A stretch of DNA of 60,694 nucleotides, filler included, from Nemertoderma westbladi (taxonomy: Eukaryota > Animalia > Xenacoelomorpha): the NCBI GenBank assembly GCA_032718475.1. It is 2 parts of 2 records of this genome, joined end to end, with 100 filler letters (N's around TTAATTAATTAA, not from the genome) between each part and the next. Parts side by side here need not be neighbours in the genome. Positions count along the whole stretch, not along the records: positions 29,399 to 60,694 come from JAUCBJ010008284.1; 1 more part is not named here. The stretch is one strand, 5' to 3'. Within the stretch, counting starts at the first letter, position 1; the number at the start of each line of letters is the position of its first letter. The translations under genes and the position numbers were made by a program. The notes beneath the pieces are model-generated. The model was not told the DNA's origin, searched no databases, and was given only the letters and a program-made list of their open reading frames with translations. Positions 46,406 through 59,700 of the stretch are shown here, in pieces.

Positions 46406-48671
46406 TTTTTTTTAATTATTAATTATTAAAATTCATTAATTCAACTTGAACACTATAAACTTAGAACTAGTATGAACTTAGAGATTAAATACAATTTATA
46501 AAGTTTATATCAGTCTCAGCATCAGCCACACCATTACTCAAAGGACCTAACCAACAGTCTACTCCGCTAATCCACATGAGCTGTCTCAGCAAGAGCGTGC
46601 TCCAACGTTTCTACGTGGCCCTGCATCCTCAAACTATCCCGTCCTCGCCTCAGCTACCTCGCAGATTACACTGGTTTCTCTAATTGGCGTTGGGTTAAAT
46701 CGTCGTTTATTTGGTCCGCGTGCTCCTCTGAGACACATTATGGCTGATCTTACGAGCGAAAAGCTCAACGTGTGCTCCAACGTTTCTACGCGGCCCTTCA
46801 TCCTCAAACTATCCCGTCCTCACCTCAGCTACCTCGCAGAATACCCTGGTTTCTCTAATTGGCGTTGGGTTAAATCGTCGTTTATTTGGTCTGCGTGCTC
46901 CTATGAGACACATTATGGCTGATCTTACGAGCAAAAAGCTCAACCTGGTTCACACCATTGTTATGGTTGTTGAGTATGGTGAATCTCGTTTCTCCGAAAG
47001 AAGATGTGCCAGGTGGCTTATTAATGCATTCGCACTTCGTGCACATCCTGCTGTGGCTGCAATGACAAATGGGCAGAAAGAGGAATGTTCGACTTCTGTA
47101 AGTCTCTGTTCATACATCGTCGTTTCCCCTGTTCGTGATGGCGATAGGCAGAGTTAATATTTCGCGGATTTGATGGGCAAACTGGGTTAAATACCTATAA
47201 AAAATATAGACTAAAACTAAAGTCTATAAAAACCCTCTCAAAGCAGCCCCCCCCCAAACACCATTAGCAGCAACGTCTAACCTTGCTTCATTTGCCATTG
47301 AGGTGCTTCTACGATTGAAGACCTCTCCATCAACTGGTTGCAGTGACGGCTTGACCTCAATGTCCCAAGCAACTTCATTTAGCAACTCATCCAATAAGTT
47401 TCGAATTTCATTATGACGTAGTGTTGGATAGCCCCCTGTCGGGCAATGTAGACTGTGTGATAAAGATAATATTGAGCCGCACGAACAGAAAGGAGGTAAT
47501 TTTGGTGGTGTCCAGCCAAACCGCACACATATGGCATCCCGAAAAGCTTGTTTGTGTAGGGAATATCCATACTTGCGGATTGGTAAGCCTACCAACCAGG
47601 AAGATGCGCCTCTCTCCCTAGCCAAGGCTCAATAATATCTAGAACTCTCATCCATTCTCCTGTCCAAATCCTGGCACCTTTCTTGTACCTTCACTTCTTT
47701 CTCTTTTTTCAGATCCCTCATAATGAGGTGCTGTTCTACATACCCATTTGAGTGGTTCGCACATTCTCACTGAACTTTCTAGACAATCAATGAAATCTCT
47801 TGGCTGCAGTAGTGCCAGCCCTCCCTCTCTTACGGGCAATGACAGTAATTCGCGTTCCTCAACCCCAGGTGATGCTCGACCTGTTAGAGTTGGGGTTAGA
47901 TTATTATTTATCCGGTCCTCTGTTCTATCCATTAATTGGGTGAAGCCAGGAGTGGTCCAGGCAAGAAATGTAAACTTAGATTGTAAACCAACTACACTGT
48001 AAACCTACTACAGCTATAAGCTAAATGAGGTGCTGTGACTGCAAAGTTGAGGAGTGTGTTAATCTCCCCATCCAGTTGTTTGATCTTGCTATCTAGATAT
48101 TCTGCACATGCCTGTCTAGAACCAATCACAGATCCTAGTACTCTATGTCCATCCGTTAGTCTAATGCCAGTCCCAGCAAAGTCTTCCTCCGCACGCACCA
48201 TTAGACCATCTTTGACAATGTGGTAGGTTTTGGTGGCATTGGGATAGTAGCCATAGCTGGGGCCAATACTGTTGACTTTGTTCCAGTATTCCCTTAGTGC
48301 CTTTAGCTGCCCTGCTGCATTGCCATCATCGGCAAACCATTTTTGGACAACTGGCTTGAAGGTGGGAGCCTCGGGAACTTCATAGGACTCACACAATCTA
48401 GAGACGGAGCTCCCAGTGATAGGACTGGTATGGGTTGCAGAGTGGATGGGCACAGTGGATGGTGGACCCAATTGGTTACCAAATACTGGATTGTCACTGG
48501 AACCTGTCGGGTTTACCCGAATAACCGCTGTATGACAGGAGTCAGTGGTAACCAATTCCGTTGATACAGGGAAGCCTCCTAACTTTTCGGATCATTGGCA
48601 AAATGTACATTGCCATGGCTAGGGGATCCCCTTGTGTAGTCCCTTCACGGGACCATATATTTTGACAATTT
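46406..48671 (-). mobile_element. 5'-truncated, degenerate CRE-like non-LTR retrotransposon (RT, zinc knuckle and restriction-like endonuclease)
   Basis: EGTTQGDPLAMAMY, WFADD, GPSYGYYPNATKT, LPVREGGL, GASSWL, CSCG..HSLHC..RHNEIR, RLDVAANGVWG, LSFSLVRSAIMCLRGAR. A-rich tail at ~46406. Contains a 175-bp tandem duplication (46597-46945) and a ~220-bp insert in the RT (~48350-48565). Confidence 0.85.
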
Positions 48672-50479
48672 AGTACAATGCATACCATACTGTAATACAC
48701 AGCAGTACAACGCATACAGTACTGTAATACACAGCAGTACAGCGCATACCGTACTGTAATACACAGCAGTACAGCGCATACCGTACTGTAATACACAGCA
48801 GTACAACGCATACCGTACTGTAATACACAGCAGCACAGCGCATACCGTACTGTAATACACAGCAGCACAGCGAATATCGTACTGTAATACACAGCAGCAC
48901 AGCGCATACCGTACTGTAATACACAGCAGTACAGCGCATACAATACTGTAATACACAGCAGCTCAGTGCATACCATACTGAATAGCATAGGATACAATGC
49001 TCGATTAACAAACGAAGCTTGGCATCGTGCATTACAACTTCGGTTGGCACATCCCAATAAAATACAGCTGTGGCTTGGATGGTTCGGATTTATTGTTTTT
49101 TATATTGAAATATCAATAATAATAATATCATATTATAATGATGATAATGGGAACTCGACCGCAGCAGAGCAAACTGAAGGCGGCGTCGCACGCCCCTCAA
49201 AACACAGGAAAAACCTCGCTCCCTCAACGACTGGAGTTTGGCCACGAGGGCCCCGCGATGGGGTTGATGAGGATGCGGGACGCAGGACACCAAACACCGT
49301 CTGTGGTACCCGCGAACGGAGTATAAGACATCCACCGGTACAGTATATAGTTTGAAATGTAATTCAACTACAATTGTTATTGTACGGTCGGTGTACAATT
49401 TATTGTAATTGAGTAACTATTATCTTACATTAATGCAATTAAATAAATATAGGCCTATGGTTTACACATAGATAGATAGATTTATTTTTTCATTATGTAA
49501 AAACAATAACAAATACACCAAACAATGTACCGATATAAAGGTATTGTCCAACATAACATATAGGATTACCCCTAAAGCTTTGCAGCTTATTTCCAAGGGC
49601 GTCCTTTATGTTACTTGGTTACAAATACAATATTACACTACGCTAACCTAAAACCAATATAAAACGTAATTACACTATGTACATGTACAACTTTACCGAG
49701 AGCGTGACAATATCCGACTCAACGATAAAGATGTAATGTGCAGAACAATTTATTATAAAACGTAATTACAGTATAAATAGTAAATAATTAATAAACTAAT
49801 AACTTACTGTAGGACTATAGTACCTATTTTTACATTGCTCACGGAGGTGAGATTTAACTGCAGATTTAAAAGAATGTTGATTATTTAGGTTTTTAATTTC
49901 ATTAGGCAGAGCGTTCCAATTTTTAATACAGTTAAAAAAGAAAGTATCAGATTCGAAGGATTTACAATTCGGGAAGTAAAAGTTTGAAGCACTTGCTCTG
50001 GTACTGTAAGAGTGTGTATCGCGTACTCTGTTGAATTTTTGTTTTAGGTAATTGGGACACTTACCATTATACACTTTATGCACATGGTTAAGGCCTATAG
50101 CTGCTTAACTCTACCATCTTATTTAAGTAGTCCAGATTCAGAAAAGTCATCTGGAGTTAGGTGGTGCCTAGGTTTGTAGTCTTTAATAAATCGTACTACT
50201 TTATTCTGAGCTACTCGTAATTTACATTTAAAGCTGTTTAGTTAACTAAACAGCTTTAACTGTTTTAAAAACAAAACAAACAAAACGAAAGCTTTAAAGC
50301 CTTCATACCAAGAAGAGCAGGCATAATCCATGTGACACTGTATTAAAGAAGAGCAAAGTAACTTGCGGGAGTCGGTATTTAAACTATATTTATTTCTGTA
50401 TAGAAACCTAAGCCTATTGTTAACTTTCGAGAAAATATTTTTCACTGTGCTTTCTCCTGATAAGCAGTTATCCAATGTG

Positions 50480-51972
50480 ACTCCAAAGAAGCATTAAAAG
50501 CATGTCCAATAATAAAGCGAGTGGATTAGATGAAATCCCAGCGGAGGTATGGAAAACCGGAGTGCTAAATAGACCATTATTGAATGTTTGCAACCGGATG
50601 TTAAAAGGGGAAAAGCCACCACCAATTTGGACTAAAGGTCAACTAAAGCCTCTCCCCAAGAAAGGAGACCTCGGCATACCAACAAACTATCGTGGGATCT
50701 GTCTGCTTGTGGTAGCTGCCAAAATATACAATAAAATGATTCTATATAGGATTAGGCCTCACATAGAGAAACTACTGCGTAAGAGCCAAAACGGATTTCG
50801 ACCAAGTAGATCAACAATAGCTCAGATACTTGCACTACGGAGACTGATTGAAGGAATTAAGTCAAAGAATCTCCCCGCAGTCATGACTTTTGTGGACTTC
50901 AAGAAGGCATTCGACTCCATCCATAGAGGTAAAATGCTTGAAATCCTAAGAGCTTATGGAATACCAGAAGTAATTGTTGCTGGCATTGGATTGTTATATT
51001 GTGACACAGAAGCGCAGGTACTCTCACCAGATGGTGAAACTGAGTTTTTCTCAATCCTGGCTGGCGTACTGCAAGGTGACACATTAGCACCATTACTATT
51101 TGTAATTGTGCTGGATTACGCAATGAGGACGGCCACAAAGGGTGAAGATCTGGGATTCACACTTCAAGAACGCAGAAGTAGTAGATATCCGGCAACTACA
51201 GTCACAGACACCGACTTTGCGGATGACATCGCCCTGCTCTCTAATACGCTAGCAGATGCACAGCTTCTACTAAATAAAGTGGAGAGGGCTGCTAAGGAGG
51301 TTGGATTGCATATAAATGCTACCAAGACCGAATTCATGACCTTTAATGTTGATGGAAACTTGACAACCATTGATAATAATCAACTAAGGAAGGTCGATGA
51401 CTTCCAGTACCTTGGATCATGGATAGAGAGTAGCAAAAAGGACATAGAAGTTAGGAAAGCAAAGGCTTGGGTAGCTCTATCAAAAATGGATACCATCTGG
51501 AAATCAGATCTCTCCAGGCACCTGAAGACTAAGTTCTTTCGAGCCACAGTGGAAAGTGTATTTTTATACGGGGGTGAGACCTGGACACTGACTAAATCAC
51601 TTGAACAACGAATTGATGGTTGCTACACAAGACTACTAAGGGCAGCCCTAAACATCAGCTGGAGACAACACATGACAAACGCCGAGCTTTATGGTACAAT
51701 ACCACCTGTATCAACCACCCTCCGTGAACGCAGATTAAGATTCAGTGGGCACTGCTGGCGAAGTAAAGACGAGGTCATACCATATCTACTTCTCTGGCAA
51801 CCAACTCATGGAAAGTGTAGTCGTGGACGACCTGCCATAACATATATAGATCAACTTGAAAGGGATACTGAACTTGGAAGAAACGAAATTGCGACAACTA
51901 TGGAGAATCGGGAAGCCTGGAAGGATCTCATTTCCACTGTCCGAGTTCGCTCGACCAAGTAGTAGTAGTAGT
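50480..51972 (+). mobile_element. 5'-truncated RTE-like non-LTR retrotransposon, apparently recent
   Basis: TSD AATGTG at 50474-50479 and 51973-51978. (AGT)n 3' tail directly after the stop. Inserted antisense within the CR1/L2-like element. Confidence 0.92.
50502..51962 (+). CDS. Reverse transcriptase domain and C-terminus of an RTE-like ORF2 (endonuclease lost by 5' truncation)
   Basis: KASGLDEIP, PLPKKGDL, NYRGICL, QNGFRPSR, FVDFKKAFDSI, GVLQGDTLAP, FADDIAL, FQYLGS, RRLRFSGHC, GRP. 486 codons with no stop. Confidence 0.93.
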   Translation: MSNNKASGLDEIPAEVWKTGVLNRPLLNVCNRMLKGEKPPPIWTKGQLKPLPKKGDLGIPTNYRGICLLVVAAKIYNKMILYRIRPHIEKLLRKSQNGFRPSRSTIAQILALRRLIEGIKSKNLPAVMTFVDFKKAFDSIHRGKMLEILRAYGIPEVIVAGIGLLYCDTEAQVLSPDGETEFFSILAGVLQGDTLAPLLFVIVLDYAMRTATKGEDLGFTLQERRSSRYPATTVTDTDFADDIALLSNTLADAQLLLNKVERAAKEVGLHINATKTEFMTFNVDGNLTTIDNNQLRKVDDFQYLGSWIESSKKDIEVRKAKAWVALSKMDTIWKSDLSRHLKTKFFRATVESVFLYGGETWTLTKSLEQRIDGCYTRLLRAALNISWRQHMTNAELYGTIPPVSTTLRERRLRFSGHCWRSKDEVIPYLLLWQPTHGKCSRGRPAITYIDQLERDTELGRNEIATTMENREAWKDLISTVRVRSTK

Positions 51973-53194
51973 AATGTGGCGCCTAAATATTTAACTTCCT
52001 TTTTATTTTCAATCTTATGTCCATTACTAGTGACTTCAAACTTAGTTACTTTCTTTAACTTTCTTTTGGAACCAAACAAAATACTTTCAGTCTTACCGTA
52101 GTGAATGGATAGCTTATTATCAACCAACCACTCATTACAGGATTCTAGAACTGCACTTAACTTTTGGGAAATATGGATAGGATCTTTATGAGAGAAAATA
52201 AGAGCACTGTCGTCGGCATATAAAATGAGTTTAAAATCGGGATCTATACTACTTATCATATCATTTACATAGCATACAAAAAGCAGTTTACAACTAAATT
52301 AAATATTTTTTTTTTAAATTTACAAAATTAAAAAAATGTTTTTTATCTGTTTTATAGTTTGAAGAAGGGCTTTAATATGGTGACATCGGTTTTCACCATA
52401 GAATTATTTTCTGACCACAAAACAGCACTTTTGAACTACAGTATTTATGGGAGATATTCACGACTCTGTATAAAACAACCTTTTTCTCAGTTTGTCGATT
52501 TTGAATATCTTCATCACTAAATTCGCTTCTACTTTTTTATTTTTTACTCAGTTGTCATCAAACATATAATAAAATGTTGAGCAGCTTTAGGGTTTTTAGG
52601 GGTTATAGCTAGAATAATTGTGAGTATTGGTTTGGTAAAACACGGCCATTTGGACACTCTAGAACCGATTTTGTAACTATTACCCTTTGTCTATCACAAA
52701 TATTTAATTCCCAAAATATAGCCCGATAATATTAAAACGCCCCCCATATATTTTTCCAAAAAATAATTTCATGCTGGAATTTTCCTAGAATATAGCCTAC
52801 ATATCTAAGCTTATTGTGCCAATCTCTTGAACCGAGAACTTCAATCCAGTAGTTGGTTGGAATTACTGATCCTTAAACATGATATATTTTACATTGCCTC
52901 AAACTTGATACAATTATTGAAAAAAATCGACCTGCACATAAAGTGCCAAATTTTTCGAACAAATGGATTATGAAGCGATCCACACTCAAGATTCAATGTA
53001 TTCAATGTAAAAGATCACAGATCCACAGATTACGAAGCTCTGTTGACAAGCGGATTTATGCAGCCTGTTGATAATTATTGATAATATTTGGAAACTAAAT
53101 AAACTAAATACGAATATTTTAGAATGGGACGAACCAACTCTTTTATGGAAGTGGCACTTTGCTTTCTTGACAATGCTGGTTACTAACGCCTACC

Positions 53195-53268
53195 TACTAC
53201 TACTAGGATCGGCATGCTGCATTGCAGCTGCATTTTTAAGAATGCTGTGCCGGCTTGTCAACAAAACT
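53195..53268 (-). mobile_element. Ultra-short (~75 bp) 3'-end copy of the RTE-like family at 44850-46351
   Basis: TACTACTAGGATCGGCATGCTGCATTGCAGCTGCATTTTTAAGAATGCTGTGCCGGCTT is identical to ~44860-44918. TSD ACGCCTACC at 53186-53194 and 53269-53277. Confidence 0.85.
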
Positions 53269-53711
53269 ACGCCTACCAGTTTGTAAGTACATGTATTTGT
53301 GCTTTGTTCCTTCCTATGTGCATAATTTTGCACTTGTCATTTTTAAATACCACCACAATACGATTCATTTGTAAAGGTTAAAAGGAGGTTGTTTTAGAGG
53401 GACCCGTAAGTTAGGTATGGGGTGTGGAAATTGTAAATCATATAACATCATTTAGATAGAAAATCATAAATCACACAAAAAATATCGATTTGAAAATGAT
53501 CCAAAATCATAAACAAAAGCAAAACGCAAAGCGGTCGATATATAAACTAGCCTAATGGTCCTTAGATTCACACCACTAACATAATTTTATCTTTAATGCT
53601 ACTTGCAGTACTCTAATTGGTTAATAAATGAATGCATCTGATAATGTTACAAGAATAGCATTATGCACTGTGTATTTGAATGTTGTTTAAATCCTTGTCA
53701 TTGTTCGAATA

Positions 53712-56700
53712 TGTTACGGTATATGGCGCTGTATCCATAATATTAGTCATCATGCAGTATGCAATATTAGTCCGTTATGCAGTATGCAATATTAGTCCGT
53801 TATACTGTACGTAATATTAGTCCGTTGTGCAGCATGATATTTTAGATAAGGCATAATGACGCAATGATATTTAGATAGGGAAATCGGAACACCCATATAG
53901 TTGAATCCATTCATTTTGTATAGTATGTAGCCCTACCTACGTAATTTTGTATTAGGTTATATGTAGATAGTTCCAGGGTAAGTTTATTCGGACCCTGGAT
54001 TCCGTGCTTGCTGATATTAGCTTTAGTAGGGCTAGCATATAGGGACGCTGTCCTGGCCATTCAGCAGCCAGAGACGTGAACCATTACCATATATGGTAAT
54101 AATTCGAGGAAGGGAAGCAAATAGGGCTACAATCCGGCCTCCTTATTGGACTAGCTGCTTCCAGGTTGGTCTAGTGCTAGCACGGACTGGAGAGCCAATA
54201 AGAAAGCGATTGAGTCACCCTATTGCATCACCCCATCCGGATCACCTATAAATTGGCGGTGTGCCGGTAGAGCAACAACAATTCTACTCATCACATGACA
54301 CCTAGCCCTAGCACCTGTCTTGCTGTTGTTTTTTCTTGATATTTTCTGCAATTTGCTAATTTGATTAATTTTCGTGAAATGATTTGCTAGTGCGATTACT
54401 TGCTTGTGTTTCTCAATAATTCCTTTGATTGCTGCTAATTACAATTGAACTATGATTTCTACCTTTGATTAATGGTTCTATGTGATTCTTTCTGCGCAAT
54501 AATCCTAAGGGATTCTGAGACTGTCAGACTTTGTGATTTGCATGCGCCGCTACGGTAGCTATTAGCGTCATGGAGAGCTAAGGTGCCAGTGGGCGGTGGG
54601 CGCATCGGGGGGTTGAGCGACTAGGAGAGAGCGGAGGATTCAAAGCGAGCAACGCTGGCCAGGGTCACCGTTGCGGGCGGGTAACTTGCACTGCGGCACG
54701 CAGACCGATCGCCGGTACAGTAATTAGGGGGCTGATGATCCAGATTTTGTCTCTATTTGGTATTAGGGGGGCAGGAATTGGGTTAGTTAGGAATCCTAGA
54801 TGTACCTGGGAGAGGCCTGCGCGTATTATAACGTTGAGTGTGGAGTACGAGTAGTGAATTGCACAATTGTAAACTGTGATTTCTAACGCTGATTGGTGTG
54901 TTATTGAAGTGTGCCTAAGATTACGAATGCTTAGATAGGCGCTCTTTGCCTTTGATTGATTTCTATTTCTTAGTTACGATAATTAGTTATTGATTAGGTC
55001 AAAGTAATACGGCAAATTAGGCTATTACTAGCGAAACCTGTTGCGTGATAAATTAGAATTACGTATTCTGGAACTCTTAGTAATTAGTACGCTGTTAAAT
55101 ATTTGTGACTGTAATTAATTAGTAAAAATTAAGAATTAGTACGCAGCATAGCGGAGAGTAGCTAAGGTAATAATTAGTATACTGTAAACTATTCACGCTG
55201 AGCGGTTATTTGCATTAGCGGGCAATCAGCTAGAACGCACTATTCGGTACGCACGATACGCTAGTAATTTTGCTGGCCTAAAGCCAGTCGCGGGCAGTTT
55301 TAGACCCGGGGTGGTATTATCCACGTAGAAACAGATACTGTACCGTTTTGATATTTTAAATATTCTCGCATTCACACATTACGTTAGGGAACCTCCAGTA
55401 TTCGCGATTAGAAAGACGTAGGTAATAGCGTGCTTTAATAAGTGATAGAATTAGGCGTAAGAATACTCTGAGTGCAAGGCCTCTCGCACTCGTCTTAAGT
55501 AAGCTTAGGGAGCCGACTCGGGTTTATTGTTTTGGTTATTCCCGCGTGGCTCATAGATTCGAACAGTTAGCTCTCTATCGAGCGATCGGTAGAGAAAGGA
55601 ACAAGCGATTTTGCAGGAGTTGTGTAAAATTAGTAAAATATATTAGTGGACGGCAGATTAGCGCCATCTAACGGTAAGTAGCGGTTTTGTATTTAGCAAC
55701 CCTTACAATTTAGTAATAGCACGCTCCTGATCCCCTTTACTTAACAGTAGAGCAGTCTTCGTGTCTTATTGGTTAGGCGGGAACTTATTAGGTTGGCAGA
55801 GAAGTATACCAGTATTTGTCTGTTCAACAGTTCTGCTGTTAGTATAGAGGTCGCGGTTGTTTATCAGTAATACGCGTGGCTATTGCTTTGCTGTACTGCG
55901 TACAGTAAGGCAGATAGAGTATTCTTAGGCTGTTAGCTTAGATTATTGTTACTTTAGATTACTGATACTTCGTATCAGTAATACGCGTGTTATTGGCTGT
56001 TGCTTGCGGCAGTCAATAGTGTATTCTTAGGCTGATAGTAGTATCACAGTATTAAGTAATAAGTTGGAGCACGTGATCGTCTGCTGTAGGCTATAGGCTA
56101 GCGTACAGTAAGACATTGAGTTTATTCTATTAGGTTGTTAGTTTAGATTACTGTATTCACTGGCTGCGTACGATAGTACAGTAGTACATTAGGCTGATTG
56201 CTGTTACTGCGTACGGTAGAAGGGACATTTGTTTTGCCGTACCATACACAGTATCATTAGGCTGTTAGGTTGGTGTACTGTTTTACTTACTGTACTGCAT
56301 ACAGTGGATGTACGGTAGTGCGTTTTGCTAATTGCGAATACAGCAGTTCCTTAGGCCTTAGGGCAAACAGTAATTAGTAAGTTTTTTGAAATTATTAGCT
56401 AGGTTTGCGAGAATTCAGTTTTCGGTCAAAATTATTTTGTAAAATTCTAGAGTTTTGTACCGGTATGTTAGGTAACCGCTTAGTTATTTTATACCATCTG
56501 GAGATACATGGCAAGACGGAACTTCTGAGTTTGGGGTTCGTGTGGGTCTGCGGGTTCGGTTTGCAATCAGCGAAGGGACTGAATCTTTGGACGCGGACGT
56601 GGAATCTCACAGCAAACAAGGTTAGTTGTTCTGTTGGCACCAGTGTGTTTGTGGAAGCAGTAAAAAATTATCGGTTGTTTAACTGCGAAGCTGAACTCAA

Positions 56701-59700
56701 TTTATTAGTTAGGATATTTAGGTTTAGCCGGCCATGGTTTTGAATCGCTCAAGTTAGAGAGAGAGTTAGAGAGAGTCGCAACCCGAAGATGTAGCCACGC
56801 GCTAGTGGATACATAATAATATTTGAAATTAAAATTACGTTGATTAGAGCTATATATATATAAAATTAGAAATATTCGGGCGGCAAATATTTTGAATATT
56901 TTGTATTAGATTCAAAGTTATTTTGTGCTATACCGGTATTTAATGCTATATAATAGCTATATAATAATATTTTTGTTTAAATATTGTGCTAGTATTTGCT
57001 ATAACTATATACCCCATTAAATTCACAATATTGCATTGCGAATTTATTCTGACATTTGGACCAACTGATTATTTGACAAATAATTTGACCGTATTTCGGT
57101 TAAATTATAATTATATCTCGAACTTTTGCGAGATATTTTTGCCGGAAGGCAAAACATTATTTAGACTATGAGTGTCTCAGACAAGGAGGCACTAGAGGAC
57201 AGCTATGAGACGGCGGCTGGACCGCCGACTGACGATAGCGTCAATATTACTGTTGACGACAATGCCGACTATGACGACGCAGCGAGCGACGCTGACGTAA
57301 GTGAACAGGAGGACGAGACAGTGACTAGTGAGGAAGAACAACAACCTCAGGTAATAGTATTAGGATCCCCTACCGCTACTGTAAGGAAGGATTGTACAGC
57401 AACCCGACCAGAGGTGAGTGATAAGGAGGGTAGTGTAGCAGAAGCGAGAGCCCGGAGCCCGGTTTCCAGACCTGTGGGTATGGTAAGTGCCGTGGTCCCA
57501 GCGGCTGTAAGGAGTACCCGTAGTTCCCGAAATAATCCTTCAAGTCCACCGAGTGTAAGTCAGGTAAGTGATAGAGAGTTCGACATCGCGATAAAGAAGA
57601 AACTTCGCGCGCATGCCGGACATATAACTCGGACGGCGGACAAGGTAAGGAAGATGTTAGCTGACTCAGCCAACATCGGGAGGGTAGAGTTAGTAGAGAT
57701 TAGAAGAGGATATAACTCAGCGTTATTCAAGCAGACGGAGGAGCTTGCAGTCCTAGCGAAGAAGGCAGTAGAGTCTCAGTCGAGCGACGTAGCAACGAGG
57801 ATTTACGACAGGGTTTTAGCAGCCTTGTTAGAGCACCGCGAGTTATCGGAGCGATTCCGACGAGTTAGGACGGAGAACTGGCTGCTATGGACATCACAAG
57901 CGCAGGCGACTCAAGTGAGTGACGCAGAGCTGAGAGAGTTAGTGGAGCGAGAAGAGATCCAAGACAAGGAGGAGCGCAGGTATCAAAGGGAAGTTACTAG
58001 CTGGCTGATGCAGAATGGAGTGGTGGTACCAGGTCAGGTGCTACCGACGACGGAGAACATTCAACAGAGGACGTTGACTCCACCCGATGATGCATCTAGA
58101 GACAGCGGCGATTCCCAGGTTAGTCACGCGCGAGGTAAGGTAATATGTGCTAGATCCCTTGTTTCGCACAACTCGGCGGAGGAGAGAAGACGCCGACTGG
58201 ACGAACAGCAGGCGGAAGTTTTGCGTGCATCGGAAGCACGGAAGGAAGCCGAGCGGGAACGGGAGCGAACACGTAAGTTAGACGCAAAGTTGCGAGAGTT
58301 GGAAGAGAAAGGTAAGCGCGAGCAAGCGGAACGCGAACGCAAGGAACGCGAACTCCAGCTCGAACGCGAACAGAAGGAACGCGAACTCCAGCTCGAACGC
58401 GAACAGAAGGAACGCGAACTCCAGCTCGAACGCGAACAGAAGGAACGCGAACTCCAGCTCGAACGCGAGCGCAAGGAGCGCGAACTTGAGCGCGAGAGGG
58501 AGCGACGGGCGTTGTATGAAGAGAAGGCGCGTGTGGAAGAAGAGGGCGCAGCGAGACGAGCAAGGGAGGAAGAAGAACGTAAACTGGCGCAGTTGGAAAG
58601 TGCGAGATTAAGTTTAGAGAGCGAAGAACGGACTAGGAAGGCGAACGAAATCGCCGAGAAGGGGATGCGAATGATCGAAGAATGTGGGGCGAGTGTAGGG
58701 ACAGAGTTACGAGAACTGTTCGCACTGCAGAAGGCCGAACAGGAAGCGAGAACTCCGACCATACGCGAGTCGACGACGACCAGAATTCCTATACCCGGTC
58801 CAGCTATTACGAGTACACGGATCGCTAAACCGTTCTCTACATATCGCACGCCAGTTGGTATTAGTGCTTCACCCATCGCGCAGAATCCACGTCATCAGAA
58901 CATCGCACCACTACACACCGAACACGACGACGAAGAGTTTAGAGAAACTCCGACAGGACGAGTACTTGGCGAACCGAACCCGCGGGTTTGGAATACGCGG
59001 ACGGAGCGCCGACCCAGTTCGACGGAGAACTTCCGGGTTAAACCGGAAGAGGGATCATATGAGAGACAGCGGATTACTCAGATAGAGCCGACTATACAAC
59101 AGAACCCTAGCCAGGAATTTATTACGAGGGATGAGTTAAGTGCTAGTTTAGCGCAAGCTATATCGCCGCACATCCAACCTATAACGGACATGCTTAGCAA
59201 CCTACGGTTAAAGGAAGCAGCCCAGGTAAGAAGTAATTCTAATCCTAGCAGGCCTGAGTTAGATAAAGTCCAGCCTAGTCAACGAGTACGCATATCGGAG
59301 GAGACTATACCACATAGACCTCAGGTAAGGACGCCTGTCCCGAATATCCATAACCCCAATTTCGAAAACTCAGCCGAGAAATTTATTGAGGATGCTTGGG
59401 TCAGGGCCTCGGCGCGCAAATCATCGCGAGCGCTAAGGACTGACACCGAGTCAAGCGATGAAGAGGAAGAAATGAGACGTCAGAAGTCCCGAAACTATAA
59501 GGAAAGAAGGACCGACGCGGAGCAGGTAAGTTGGAACCACCGGGAAAGGACCAGACTTAACAACCCTGCGGAACTAAACCATTTGTTAACCCGGAACGAC
59601 GCAACCCTTAGGGACATAGGTAAGTTTGCTGCTAGGCAAGGACTGCCGACGCAACAACCCCAGAAGTTTATGGGCAACCATAAACATTGGAGGACTTTCA

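Larger units (their letters stand above)
44600..48980. repeat. 32-bp minisatellite (TACTGTAATACACAGCAGCACAGCGCATACCG) broken into three blocks (~44600-44849, 46352-46405, ~48672-48980) by two retroposon insertions
   Basis: The same unit is present on both sides of each insertion. Confidence 0.92.
49468..52285 (-). mobile_element. 5'-truncated CR1/L2-like LINE fragment interrupted by an RTE-like insertion
   Basis: LILYADDSAL..WLVDNKLSIHYGKTESILFG..VKYLGATL|DNCLSGE..HMDYACSSWY..HSYSTR..WNALPNEIK. (CTAT)n tail near 49468-49482. Confidence 0.85.

Noticed and set aside
50502-51962. Retron, group II intron or other prokaryotic RT system
   Set aside because: Motifs, (AGT)n tail, TSD and 5' truncation identify a eukaryotic RTE-like LINE.
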